Of a stretch of 64,000 nt of DNA, positions 1-9,598 are shown in pieces (the stretch's first letter is position 1; each line of letters starts with the position of its first letter). The DNA lies in NCBI GenBank assembly GCA_044226625.1, contig JBGAGQ010000005.1:64001-128000 (forward strand). Reading direction: 5' to 3'. A program made the position numbers and the translations under genes. The notes under the pieces are model-generated. The model saw only the letters and a program-made list of their open reading frames with translations. It made no database searches and had not been told where the DNA came from. The stretch comes from Thermoanaerobaculia bacterium. Its GTDB lineage: Bacteria > Acidobacteriota > Thermoanaerobaculia > Multivoradales > UBA5704.

Positions 1-203
1 CTATCTATTCGCCGAGCGGCCGAAGCGAGAGCATCGCTACACGCTGGAGGTCGCGCGGCCGTTGCGGCGACCGTTCCGCCGCTCGCGCATCACCGACGAC
101 GAGCCGTTCCTCTCCGACCACCTGGGGCTCGACACGACGCTCTTCCTTCGGCCGCGGTGAGGGCCGGCCAGGCCGCCGACCGGCCCGGGCCCCTTCTGCG
201 AGC

Positions 204-1838
204 TCACGCCCCCATGCCGAGCACGGCCGGATTGAAGATGAACATCCGGTCGCGGATCTTCTGTGGCGCTTCGGTGAGGCCCCACTGGATGGTGCGCGCG
301 AGCTTCTCGGGGAGGTAATCGAGGTGGATGTCCTCGGCGTCGCCCCAGCGGCGGACGGGCATCATGCATTTTGCCTCGGCGAGGGAGGCGAGGATCGCCC
401 GGGCGCCCCACTCGGCGTCGATCTCGCCGCTTTCGTACCGGGCGAGAACGTCCTCGGCGAAGTTGACCAGATCGGTCACCTCGTCCTCGCCCGGCGGGCT
501 CATGCCGATCAGCGGATCCTGCTCCAGCCGGTCGAACAACGACCTGTCGCCCGTCTCCAGGTACTTCACACAGACGCTGAACAGGCGCAGGTCGCCATAG
601 ATCTCGGCGATCAGCCAGACGCGGAGCCAGGCGTTGAACAGCTGGAAATCGGGAAACGATCGGTAGGAGTTGTTCACCACCCGGTCGCTCTGCCGGAGCA
701 TCGCGTGCTGGAGCTTCTCGGCGTACTCGAAACGGCCGCGGTAGAACTCGTCCTCGTCGAGCGCCGCGAGCAGCGGACCGGCGAGCGCCGAGAGCACCTC
801 GAAGGTCGTGATCATGCCGCGCGAATAGAGCGCGTCGATGAAGCCGTGGGCGTGGGCCATCAGGAAGTAGCGGTCGCCGGCGCCGCCGGTCGCCGAGTAC
901 TGGAGGCGTCCGGTCTTCACCCAATCGCGGACCACCGTCGCCCCCTCGAACTGCTCGGCGATGCTCGGGAAACGGTTCACGTGGAAGAAGAACTCCTCCT
1001 CCGCGCTCATCCCGGTATCCGGCCAGCGCTTCATGTTGAGCGTCAGGCCGACGCTGCAGAGCGGGTTCTTCGAGTACGGCACGTTGTTGAACGGGATGAT
1101 CCAGAACCATCCCCCTTCGAACACGTGGTGGAGCGTCCCCTCGTACCATTTCGCCGAAAGCCCGGGCGCCTCCTCAGGGGTGAGGCAGTCGTCGTAGAAC
1201 CTCATGTTCTCGACGTGGGTGAAGATCGAGCGCGACTGGGTGCCGAGCGGACAGGGCTTTTCGCGCAGCTGGAAGCGTTCGGCCAGCGGTGAGCGGAAGC
1301 CCGCGCCGTCGACCAGGAACCGTGCCCTAAACGTCTCGCCCTGGTCCGTGGTCAGGCGGACACCGTCGTCATCCACCTCGAAATCGCGCACGTCGACGCG
1401 GTCGCGGTAAGTCGCGCCGTAGCGCAACGCGGCGTTCAGGAGATAGAGGTCGATGTCCTGACGAAACAGGTGGCTCTCGGTGGTAAGCGGCGTCGAAGGC
1501 GCGATCAGCAGGCTCGATTGGCGCGGATCCTGCCGCTTGCCGTCCTCGTGCCAGACGAAGCCGAGCGCGCGCTTGATGCCGCAGGTGGGACCCACGTGCT
1601 CGGAGATCGAATCGAGGCGGGTGAGGTGTTGGATTTCCGGCACGTCGAAGCGGTGCGCGAGGATCCACATCCAGAGCGTGCTCTGGGGGAGCAGCGCCTC
1701 GCCGACCGCGAACCGCGGATGGCTCCCTTTCTCGAGCAGCAGGACCTTCTTGCCGTGCCGCCCGAGGATCGCGGCCAGCATGGTCCCCCCGATCCCGGAC
1801 CCCAGGATCGCGACGTCGTAGGTTTCGGCGTTCCGCAT
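204..1838 (-). CDS. PrnC-like flavin-dependent halogenase
   Basis: GSGIGG FAD-binding motif, HPRFAVGE, GIKR (catalytic Lys position), EGTLHHVFEGGWFWIIPFNN (WxWxIP halogenase motif) and GFIDALYSRG. Colinear with the PrnC-type halogenase pattern over its whole length. Confidence 0.88.
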   Translation of the reverse strand: MRNAETYDVAILGSGIGGTMLAAILGRHGKKVLLLEKGSHPRFAVGEALLPQSTLWMWILAHRFDVPEIQHLTRLDSISEHVGPTCGIKRALGFVWHEDGKRQDPRQSSLLIAPSTPLTTESHLFRQDIDLYLLNAALRYGATYRDRVDVRDFEVDDDGVRLTTDQGETFRARFLVDGAGFRSPLAERFQLREKPCPLGTQSRSIFTHVENMRFYDDCLTPEEAPGLSAKWYEGTLHHVFEGGWFWIIPFNNVPYSKNPLCSVGLTLNMKRWPDTGMSAEEEFFFHVNRFPSIAEQFEGATVVRDWVKTGRLQYSATGGAGDRYFLMAHAHGFIDALYSRGMITTFEVLSALAGPLLAALDEDEFYRGRFEYAEKLQHAMLRQSDRVVNNSYRSFPDFQLFNAWLRVWLIAEIYGDLRLFSVCVKYLETGDRSLFDRLEQDPLIGMSPPGEDEVTDLVNFAEDVLARYESGEIDAEWGARAILASLAEAKCMMPVRRWGDAEDIHLDYLPEKLARTIQWGLTEAPQKIRDRMFIFNPAVLGMGA

Positions 1839-1925
1839 GCGGTTCTCCTCGTAGTAGCGACGCTCTTTAGGAGAATCGGTGCGGTAGGGGGGCCCGAGCG
1901 GGCCGCGGATGGCGAACGGATTCGC

Positions 1926-2603
1926 CTAGGAAGGCTCCTTCCAGACCGCTTCGGCGGTGACGAAGCGAGAATCGGTCGCGCGTCTCGGGCGGAACAGGAC
2001 CTCGTAAACCGCCCTGCTGAAGGGTCCCACGGGACCGATCGAGATTTCGCGCGTCTCGGCCGGTTCGCCGTCGACCAGCAACGTGACGGTCGCCGTGGTC
2101 GCCGGAATGGTCCGGTTCCGCGGGTTGAGGACCTGGCCGGAGACGATCCACTGCCGGCCGAACGGCGCGCAGTGGGGCGAGCCGAGGAAACGTAGCGGAG
2201 TCGACGATCCGGCTTGCGCTTTGGGATCGTCTTGCGGGTCGGCCTCTCGTCGGGCCTCCGCCAGCTCCGTTTCGAGGTCGGATTGGAGCTTGTCCGCCTC
2301 GCGGCGGATTCGCGCCTCGTCGGTCTGGAGCGGGCCGTCCTCGGGTGGCGTCGCCGACGGGAGCGTCGGAAGGGGCGGCTGAGCGACCGGGGGCGACGCG
2401 GGAGCGCTCGCCGGCTCGGCTTCGTCGAGGGAGCGCAGGTCGCTCAGGAGATCGCGGGCGTTCGGATCGTCGCGAAGCCAGACATAGCCGCCGGCGCCGA
2501 GGAGCAGCAGCACGAGGAACGCCACACCTCCTGGCCCCAATCCTTTGGGCGCGATCGGTGAGAACGTCGGATCGGTTGAGGTCGAGATCTCGCCGTGTCG
2601 CAT
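1926..2603 (-). CDS. Single-pass membrane protein with Pro-rich linker, coiled coil and C-terminal Ig-like (FxLYD/CARDB-like) domain
   Basis: ATG at 2603 (MRHGEIST). TM segment VAFLVLLLLGAGGYVWL, then a beta-rich C-terminus (VSGQVLNP...ATVTLLVDG...IGPVGPFSRAVYEV). Confidence 0.55.
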   Translation of the reverse strand: MRHGEISTSTDPTFSPIAPKGLGPGGVAFLVLLLLGAGGYVWLRDDPNARDLLSDLRSLDEAEPASAPASPPVAQPPLPTLPSATPPEDGPLQTDEARIRREADKLQSDLETELAEARREADPQDDPKAQAGSSTPLRFLGSPHCAPFGRQWIVSGQVLNPRNRTIPATTATVTLLVDGEPAETREISIGPVGPFSRAVYEVLFRPRRATDSRFVTAEAVWKEPS

Positions 2604-2620
2604 GGTCTCGAACCTGGAGA

Positions 2621-2986
2621 TCAGCGTCCTCGGCGCCCGGAGCGCCGCCCGATCAACCAACCGATCGCGAGGCCGATCCCGAGCGCGGCGAGGCTTCTCT
2701 TCGGATCGGACATCGGCACGAACCGGGTCCCTTCCGGCGCGACCTCGAGCGCCCCGATCGGCCACGCTGCGATCACCCCGCCGCCGCCGCCCCCTCCCTG
2801 CTCCCGGGACCGGCTCTCGGCGCCCCCTTCGAGACCGCCGGCTCCGCCGCCGAACAGGCAGGCGACGCGAGCGACCGGGATCACCGTCCGCTCTCCTTGC
2901 GTCACCGGCTCGCCGAACGCGGCCTTCCCGCCGCCGGTCGCGGTCATCTGTTCGCCAAGGCTTCGAATCAGTGTGTCGGGTTGCAT
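2621..2986 (-). CDS. GerW/YtfJ family protein
   Basis: AFGEPVTQGERTVIPVARV, FGGGAGG and GGGGGGG...PIGALEV motifs. GGAGGT RBS before ATG at 2986. Confidence 0.8.
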   Translation of the reverse strand: MQPDTLIRSLGEQMTATGGGKAAFGEPVTQGERTVIPVARVACLFGGGAGGLEGGAESRSREQGGGGGGGVIAAWPIGALEVAPEGTRFVPMSDPKRSLAALGIGLAIGWLIGRRSGRRGR

Positions 2987-3165
2987 GGGCACCTCCGCAG
3001 GGTCGTTGGGAGTCGTTCCGCTAACTCTACCCAACCGGCGCCGCAATACGACGAGCCGCCCGGAAAGGCCGAAAAGCGTCCCGCGAGGTCGACCTCTCAT
3101 GCGTTCCTGTTTGGGCCGAGGCAGGGAGTGCTTCGCCCAACGCAGCGAACTCGTTTCCCTCCATG

Positions 3166-3480
3166 GGGAACTCACTTCCCTGGGCAGGGAAGTCACTGCC
3201 CAGGCCAGGGAACTCGATGCCTCATGCAGGGAACTCACTTCCCTGGGCAGGGAAGTCACTGCCCAGGCCAGGGAACTCGATTCCTCGTGCAGGGAACTCA
3301 CTTCCCTGGGCAGGGAAGTCACTTCCCAGGCCAGGGAACTCGATTCCCCATGCAGGGAACTCACTTCCCAGGGCAGGGAAGTCACTTCCCAGGCCAGGGA
3401 ACTCGATTCCTCGTGCAGGGAACTCACTTCCCTGGGCAGGGAAGTCGCTGCCCAGCCCAGGGAACTCGGTTCCCCATAGC
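3166..3480. repeat. Higher-order tandem repeat: 5 x 63 bp, each made of three related 21-bp palindromic subunits
   Basis: Units start at 3166, 3229, 3292, 3355 and 3418. Subunits are GGGAACTCACTTCCCTGGGCA / GGGAAGTCACT(G/T)CCCAGGCCA / GGGAACTCGAT(G/T)CC(T/C)C(A/G)TGCA. Degenerate 21-mers extend back to about 3124. Confidence 0.95.
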
Positions 3481-3571
3481 GGGAATCGAGTTCCTCGCGG
3501 GCGGCTCCGGCTTTCTGGATCGAGCTGGTCTCCGGCCGCGCGGCGGGCTTACTGTCTCATGGGTCTGAGCT

Positions 3572-5032
3572 TCACTCCGCCGGGATCGGCGGCGGACCGT
3601 CTGGGATGTACCCCTTGTAGACGACGCCTTTCGTCTTCTCCTCGAACTCCTTGCGGATCTCCGTCCGCTTCTCCGGCTGCTCGAACAGGTCGACCATCGT
3701 GGCGGCGAGGGTCTTCGCCGCGAAGGTCATCCCTTTGTGGCCGATCGACATGCCGCCGGAGGCGACGACCGGCCAGGCGTGCCAGGGGGCGGCCAACGGG
3801 GCGGTCGTGACCGAGACATGGAGGGTCGGCACGTTCCAGCTCACGTCGGCGACGTCGGTCGAGCCCCCTTCCGGATCGCCGGGGTTCTCGTCGATCGGCT
3901 GGATCGAGCCGTCGACGCCTTTCGGCTCGACGCCCGTCTCGCGCTGGATCGCCTTGGCGAACTCTTGCTCTTCCGCGGTGAACTCGATCGGTCCCAGCCA
4001 TTCCATGTTCGCGTGGAGCACCCGTTCCCCGGCTCGATTCACCAGCATCTCGTAGTCGCCCGACTGCACCCGGAGCGTGCTCTCGACGCCGGTCGCGAGC
4101 GCGGCGCCTTCGGCGATCTTCTTCACCCGCTCGAGCAATTCGTCGACCGAGGCGTGCTTCGTGTCGCGCACCCAGGCCCAGACCTTCGCGTGATCGGGGA
4201 CCACGTTCGGCACGTCGCCGCCGTCGGGAATGACGTAGTGAATCCGCACGCTCGGCCGGACGTGCTCGCGCATCAGGTTGAGCGCGTGGGTGAAGATCTC
4301 GAGGCCGTCGAGCGCGCTGCGGCCGTTCCAGGGGTCGAAAGCCGCGTGGGCCGCCTTGCCGTGGAACTCGACCGTGAAGTCGACCAGCGCCTGGCTGCTC
4401 GTCGTGTCGGCGCGCGTCTCGTCGGCGGGATGCCAGGCGAGCGCGACGTCGACGTCCTTGAACAGCCCCTCGCGAACCATGTAGAGCTTGCCGCCCACCG
4501 ACTCCTCGGCCGGCGTCCCGTAGAACCGGATGGTCCCGCGGAGCTTGCCGGCGGCGATTTGCTCCTTGATCGCCACCGCGGCCCCCAGGCTCGCCGCGCC
4601 GAACAGGTTATGGCCGCAGCCGTGACCGGGAGCGCCGGCGACCAACGGCTCCTTCGTCGGCTGCGCTTTCTGCGAGATCCCGGGAAGCGCGTCGTACTCT
4701 CCGAGGATGGCGATCACCGGCTGGCCCTCGCCGTAGCTCGCGACGAACGCCGTCGGCATCCCCGCCACCCCGCGTTCGACGCGAAATCCCTGCGCCTCGG
4801 CGTAGTCCGACAGGATCTTCGCCGAACGCGTCTCCTTGAGCGCTGTCTCGGCGAACCCCCAAACCTGGTTCGCGAGGTCGACCAATTGCGCCCGGTGGGC
4901 GTCGACCGAGGCGACGGCGGCCGTCTTGGCGGCGCTCGGAACCGGTTTCGCGGCGACCCGCGGTTTGGCAGCGGCGAAGCCAGGGAGGGAAAGAAACAGC
5001 GACAGCGCGAACGCCGATCGGCGGAGGTTCAT
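3572..5032 (-). CDS. Exported M20 family amidohydrolase (AbgB-like)
   Basis: Signal peptide MNLRRSAFALSLFLSLPGFAAA, then GEYDALPG, GHGCGHN, GTPAEE, WHP and GGSTDVADVSW motifs. Confidence 0.88.
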   Translation of the reverse strand: MNLRRSAFALSLFLSLPGFAAAKPRVAAKPVPSAAKTAAVASVDAHRAQLVDLANQVWGFAETALKETRSAKILSDYAEAQGFRVERGVAGMPTAFVASYGEGQPVIAILGEYDALPGISQKAQPTKEPLVAGAPGHGCGHNLFGAASLGAAVAIKEQIAAGKLRGTIRFYGTPAEESVGGKLYMVREGLFKDVDVALAWHPADETRADTTSSQALVDFTVEFHGKAAHAAFDPWNGRSALDGLEIFTHALNLMREHVRPSVRIHYVIPDGGDVPNVVPDHAKVWAWVRDTKHASVDELLERVKKIAEGAALATGVESTLRVQSGDYEMLVNRAGERVLHANMEWLGPIEFTAEEQEFAKAIQRETGVEPKGVDGSIQPIDENPGDPEGGSTDVADVSWNVPTLHVSVTTAPLAAPWHAWPVVASGGMSIGHKGMTFAAKTLAATMVDLFEQPEKRTEIRKEFEEKTKGVVYKGYIPDGPPPIPAE

Positions 5033-5115
5033 CGGATGTCTCCCGTTCGAAAGTCGGGAGATCTTACGCGATCCGGTCCGCGGCGCCCGGCGAAGGTTCG
5101 GCTTCTTACCCTCGC

Positions 5116-5712
5116 TCAGACCGCGAGGGATCGGACGACGAGCCCCACACCGGTACCGACCAGCGAGCCCGCGAGCACGTCGAGCGGATAGTGCGCGCCC
5201 AGATAGACGCGCGAAACGGCGATCGCGGGGGCGAGCGCCAAGAGCAGGGCACCCAATCCCTGCCCCGCGCCGGCCAGGGCGACCGCGATCGCGAACGCCA
5301 CGGCGGTGTGGCCGGAAGGGAACGAGAAAGCGTCCGGGCTCTCGACCAACGCGGAGAATCCCTGAAGGCCCGAAGCCGCGGGTCGCGGCCGGTTCCAGAG
5401 CCGCTTCAGGGCTTGGGAGAGGACCAGGGCGGCGATCGCCGCCTCGGCGAGCCGGCGGGCATGGATCGGCCCCTCGCCTCCGGAGCCCGCGAGCACGAGG
5501 CAGACGACCGCCCAGCTCGCCGGATCGCCCAGCCTCGTGAGGGCGGAGAAGATGCGCGTCGCGAGCCGCGACTGGAACCGGCAGACGGCGAGCAGGAGAT
5601 GGCGATCGAGCCGATCGAGCCGGTCGCGGAAGGTGCGCGGCCCGAGCGGATCGACCGCTTCGGTCGGCGGTTCGATCGGTGAAACGCGATCGGAAAGGGC
5701 GGGGAGCGGCAC
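5116..5712 (-). CDS. PAP2 family phosphatase (membrane)
   Basis: K..W.RPRP, SFPSGH and SRVYLGAHYPLDV are the PAP2 motifs. Start (GTG 5712) uncertain. Confidence 0.85.
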   Translation of the reverse strand: MPLPALSDRVSPIEPPTEAVDPLGPRTFRDRLDRLDRHLLLAVCRFQSRLATRIFSALTRLGDPASWAVVCLVLAGSGGEGPIHARRLAEAAIAALVLSQALKRLWNRPRPAASGLQGFSALVESPDAFSFPSGHTAVAFAIAVALAGAGQGLGALLLALAPAIAVSRVYLGAHYPLDVLAGSLVGTGVGLVVRSLAV

Positions 5713-5878
5713 GAGGGCACGATCGCAGCCCGCGATGTCGGATCCGTGACGGCCGCCGCACGGAATCGCGAGAGGCTCGTGGCGAAGAGGTGACGGCGAG
5801 CGGGGCGGGGTTCCCGCCGATTCCTCGATAGACTTTGCCCTCCCGTCGCTCCTTTCCTTCGCCACGAGGCCGCCGACC

Positions 5879-7114
5879 ATGGACTTCGCCCCGTCTCCGC
5901 GCGCCGTCGACTTCAGCTCCCGCGTCCGGACGTTCATCGCCGAGAGGATCCTGCCGGTCGAAGAGAGGCTGCTCGCCGCCGGTGCCCCGCGTGCCGGGGC
6001 CGATTGGACCTCTTGGACCGAGCCGCCCGAGATCGCGGCGCTCACGGCCGAAGCGCGGTCCGAGGGGCTTTGGAATCTCTTCTTGCCGGATCCGGAGCAC
6101 GGCGCCGGGCTCTATACCGTCGAGTACGCGACGCTTGCCGAGGCTATGGGCCGGAGCGTCCTCGCGCCCGAGGTCTTCAACTGCAACGCGCCGGACAGCG
6201 GCAACATGGAGGTGCTCGCGAAATATGGATCACCCGAGCAGAAGGAGCGCTGGCTCGCGCCGCTCCTGTCCGGCGAGATCCGCTCGGTCTTCTGCATGAC
6301 CGAGCCGGAAGTGGCGTCCTCGGACGCCACGAACCTCCTCGCCACGGTCGAGGAGGACGGGGATCACCTGATCCTCACCGGCCGTAAGTGGTGGGCGACC
6401 GGGCTCGGGCATCCGCGTTGCCGGCTCGCGCTCTTTCTCGGCAGGTCCAGCACCGAGGCGGCGCGCCATCGGCAGCACAGCCTGGTGCTCGTGCCCCTCG
6501 AGACCCCGGGCGTCTCGATCCGCCGCATGTTGCCCGTTTTCGGCGAGTACGACGCGCCGTACGGCCATGGCGAAGTGGAATTCGATCGCGTTCGCGTTCC
6601 GCGGGAGAACCTGGTGCTCGGCCTCGGGCGGGGTTTCGAGATCGCCCAGGGGCGTCTCGGCCCCGGGCGGATCCACCACTGCATGCGCTGCCTCGGCGCC
6701 GCCGAGCGGGCGCTCGAGCTGCTGATCCGGCGCGGTCTCTCCCGCGTCGCGTTCGGCAAGCCGTTGATCGACCTCGACGGCAACCGCGAGCGGATCGCCG
6801 AGTTTCGGCTGGCGATCGATCAGGCGCGGTTGCTCACGCTCCACGCCGCCTGGCGGATCGACCAGGTGGGAGCGCTCGCCGCGCTGGCGGAGATCTCGGC
6901 GATCAAGGTCGTCGCCCCGAACGTGCTCGAACGGGTAGCCGACGCCGCGATCCAGATCCATGGCGGCGCCGGTCTTTCACACGACACCCCCCTCGCCTCG
7001 CTCTTCGCGCTCGCTCGCATCCTGCGGATCGCCGACGGCCCGGACGAGGTGCATCGGGCGCTCATCGCCAAGGCGGAGATCGCAAAGCACACCGGCGAGC
7101 GGAAGGGGGCATGA
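5879..7114 (+). CDS. Acyl-CoA dehydrogenase (ACAD10/11-like)
   Basis: FNCNAPDSGNMEVL, FCMTEPEVASSDATN, GRKWW, RLGPGRIHHCMR and RIADGPDEVH. Confidence 0.93.
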   Translation: MDFAPSPRAVDFSSRVRTFIAERILPVEERLLAAGAPRAGADWTSWTEPPEIAALTAEARSEGLWNLFLPDPEHGAGLYTVEYATLAEAMGRSVLAPEVFNCNAPDSGNMEVLAKYGSPEQKERWLAPLLSGEIRSVFCMTEPEVASSDATNLLATVEEDGDHLILTGRKWWATGLGHPRCRLALFLGRSSTEAARHRQHSLVLVPLETPGVSIRRMLPVFGEYDAPYGHGEVEFDRVRVPRENLVLGLGRGFEIAQGRLGPGRIHHCMRCLGAAERALELLIRRGLSRVAFGKPLIDLDGNRERIAEFRLAIDQARLLTLHAAWRIDQVGALAALAEISAIKVVAPNVLERVADAAIQIHGGAGLSHDTPLASLFALARILRIADGPDEVHRALIAKAEIAKHTGERKGA

Positions 7115-8175
7115 GCGCCGCCGCAGTTCCCAAGCGGCCCGTCCGGGCTGAGGAGGCGCTCGACGTCCCCGCGGTCGACACCTGGCTCAAGGCTCGCGTG
7201 CCCGGCCTGGTCGGGACGCCGGAGGTGACCCAGTACACCGGCGGCGCTTCGAACTGGACCTACCGGCTCCGCTATCCGGAGCACGATCTGGTCCTCCGCC
7301 GGCCGCCCGCTGGGACCAAGGCGAAGTCTGCGCACGACATGGGACGCGAATACCGGGTGCAGGCGGCTCTCCAGGGCCGCTATCCGGTGCCCGAGATGAT
7401 CGGCCTGTGCGAGGAGCCCGAAGTGCTCGGTGTGCCGTTTTACGTCATGCGCCGGGTTCCCGGGCTCATCCTGCGCGCGAAGCTCCCCCGCGGCGTTTCG
7501 CTCTCTCCGGAGACCGCCCGCGCGCTTTCGGGCCACGCGATCGACCACCTCGCGGCCCTCCACCGAATCGACCCTTCCGCCGCGGGTCTCGGCGCGCTCG
7601 GGCGCGGACCGGGCTATTGCCGCCGGCAGGTCGAAGGGTGGAGCGAGCGCTATGTCAGAGCGCGGACGCCGAACGTACCGCGCTTCGAGAAGGTGATCGG
7701 CTGGCTCGCCGAGAACGTTCCGGACGACGCCGGCATCGCGTTGATCCATAACGACTTCCGCCTCGACAACCTGGTCCTCGACGAAGGCGATCCGGCGCGG
7801 ATCGTCGGCGTGCTCGATTGGGAGATGGCGACGCTCGGCGATCCGCTGATGGACCTCGGAAACTCGCTCGCCTACTGGGTGGAGGCGGCCGACGGGCCCC
7901 TGTTCCGCGCGCTCAGGCGCCAGCCGACGCACCTTCCCGGAATGCTCACGAGGCGCGAGGTGATCGCCCGATACGCCGAACGCACCGGCTACGCGCCGCG
8001 AAGCTGGACGTTCTATGAGGTGTTCGGCCTTTTCCGGCTCGCCGGGATCGCGCAGCAGATCTACTATCGCTACCACCGGAAGGAAACCCGAAACCCGGCG
8101 TTTCGGTTTTTCTGGATCTACGTCCACCTGCTTCACCGGCGCTGCCTGAAACGGCTGCGCCGCTCGATCCCATAG
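7111..8175 (+). CDS. APH/phosphotransferase family protein (ACAD10 kinase-like)
   Basis: ATGA overlap with the upstream gene. GGASNWTY, LRRPP, HNDFRLDN and LDWEMATLGDPLMDL. Confidence 0.9.
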   Translation: MSAAAVPKRPVRAEEALDVPAVDTWLKARVPGLVGTPEVTQYTGGASNWTYRLRYPEHDLVLRRPPAGTKAKSAHDMGREYRVQAALQGRYPVPEMIGLCEEPEVLGVPFYVMRRVPGLILRAKLPRGVSLSPETARALSGHAIDHLAALHRIDPSAAGLGALGRGPGYCRRQVEGWSERYVRARTPNVPRFEKVIGWLAENVPDDAGIALIHNDFRLDNLVLDEGDPARIVGVLDWEMATLGDPLMDLGNSLAYWVEAADGPLFRALRRQPTHLPGMLTRREVIARYAERTGYAPRSWTFYEVFGLFRLAGIAQQIYYRYHRKETRNPAFRFFWIYVHLLHRRCLKRLRRSIP

Positions 8176-8199
8176 AACGTCCCCCCGAGGGTTTTGCCG

Positions 8200-8745
8200 A
8201 TGCCTTTCTCGATCGAAACCGACCGCCTGCGAATCCGCCCCTGGGAGCCCCGCGACCGCGCGCCGTTCGCCGCGCTCGCGACCGACCCCGAGATGATGCG
8301 TTTCATGACCGACGGCCGACCGTGGACCGACGAGGAGATCGACGGCTACTTCACCCGCCAGGCTGCGACGCTCGCGGCGAACGGCTTTTGTCTCGGCGCC
8401 GTCGACGAGAAGGCGAGCGGGCGGATGATCGGCCTCGCCGGCCTCCAGCTCCTCGGCTCGACCGGCGAGCTCGAAACCGGCTACTGGATCGCCCGCGACC
8501 TGTGGGGGAGGGGCTACGCCTCCGAGGCCGCGCGCGGCGCGCTCCGCCACGCCTTCGAGGTGGTCGGCGGCGCTCGGGTCCTCGCGATCACCGACCACGA
8601 CAACCGGGCCTCCCGCCGAGTGATGGAAAAGATCGGAATGATCTACCTCCGCGACACCAACGGCGTCGAGCTCGGCCACCGGATGCCGGAAATCGAGGTC
8701 GTCCTCTACGGCATCGAGCGCGCCGCCTGGGAGGCGGGGCGCTAA
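8200..8745 (+). CDS. GNAT family N-acetyltransferase (RimJ/RimL-like)
   Basis: ETDRLRIRPW, ELETGYWI..WGRGYASEAA and N.ASRRVMEKIGM. Confidence 0.88.
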   Translation: MPFSIETDRLRIRPWEPRDRAPFAALATDPEMMRFMTDGRPWTDEEIDGYFTRQAATLAANGFCLGAVDEKASGRMIGLAGLQLLGSTGELETGYWIARDLWGRGYASEAARGALRHAFEVVGGARVLAITDHDNRASRRVMEKIGMIYLRDTNGVELGHRMPEIEVVLYGIERAAWEAGR

Positions 8746-8920
8746 GCCCCCTGAGCCCCGGCAATTCGCCCTCCCCGGCGCGTCCCGAGCGCCGGAAGCC
8801 TCCTCTTCGCACGCCCACCCGTTCGCGCGGGCCGCGCCACTCCGTCGGGGTATGGGTCGGTCCGCGGCCGCCTTCTAGGCTTCGCCGGAATCCCGCCCGA
8901 GGGAAAAAAGGAGAAGGGCA

Positions 8921-9064
8921 ATGGAGGACAACGGCGCAGCTGAGGTTCCCGAACATCCGAAAGGGACGTTCGCGATCCTCGCGCTGTACATCGTGCTGTT
9001 CACGCTCGGTTTCTTGGCGCTTTATTTCTTCGAGTTCCTGGGTCGCGGCGCGCCGCATCCCTGA
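8921..9064 (+). CDS. cbaD: ba3-type heme-copper oxidase subunit IIa (CbaD-like, 47 aa, not in ORF track)
   Basis: Translates as MEDNGAAEVPEHPKGTFAILALYIVLFTLGFLALYFFEFLGRGAPHP: PKG, one TM helix, then RG, as in Thermus subunit IIa. AAGGAG RBS; lies immediately upstream of subunit II. Confidence 0.82.
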   Translation: MEDNGAAEVPEHPKGTFAILALYIVLFTLGFLALYFFEFLGRGAPHP

Positions 9065-9106
9065 GCCGTCGCCCGCCACCCCGTAGAACTGGAGGAGAAC
9101 CAAAAG

Positions 9107-9598
9107 ATGAAGATCGATTTATACGAGCGGATCTGGATGGGCCTAGGAGCGGTGCTGATCGCGCTGTTCCTCGGCATCATGATCGTGATGAACACCGCGC
9201 ACGCGGTCCAGCCGCCTAGCCATGTCGAAACCGTCGACCCGAAGACCATCTGGGACGATCCGCGCTTCGCCGACCTTGGCGTCACGCCGACGCCCGAGGG
9301 CGCGAAGGTGGAGATGATCGGCCAGATGTACGCCTTTCTGCCGGCGGAAATCGAGGTCCCCGTAGGCAAGCCGGTCACCTTCCGGATGTCGAGCGCGGAC
9401 GTCGTGCACGGCTTCCAAATCGTCGGCACGAACGCGAACGCGATGCTCGTCCCCGGGTACATCTCGGAGTTCACGATCACCTTCCCGAAGGCAGGTGAGT
9501 ACTTGATCGTCTGCAACGAGTTTTGTGGCATCGGCCACCACGGCATGTACGGCAAGGTGATCGCCGGCGACAAGCCCGCGGAAGGGGCGGAATCATGA
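9107..9598 (+). CDS. cbaB: ba3-type cytochrome c oxidase subunit II (CuA)
   Basis: Single N-terminal TM helix (YERIW), DVVHGF and CNEFCGIGHHGM CuA ligands. Confidence 0.93.
   Translation: MKIDLYERIWMGLGAVLIALFLGIMIVMNTAHAVQPPSHVETVDPKTIWDDPRFADLGVTPTPEGAKVEMIGQMYAFLPAEIEVPVGKPVTFRMSSADVVHGFQIVGTNANAMLVPGYISEFTITFPKAGEYLIVCNEFCGIGHHGMYGKVIAGDKPAEGAES

Noticed and set aside
3124-3500. CRISPR array
   Set aside because: The units are contiguous near-identical repeats with no unique spacers, and no cas genes are present in the window.
5033-6100. N-terminal 350-aa extension of the amidohydrolase (842-aa ORF)
   Set aside because: It overlaps the PAP2 gene in another frame. The real start is the signal-peptide ATG at 5032.
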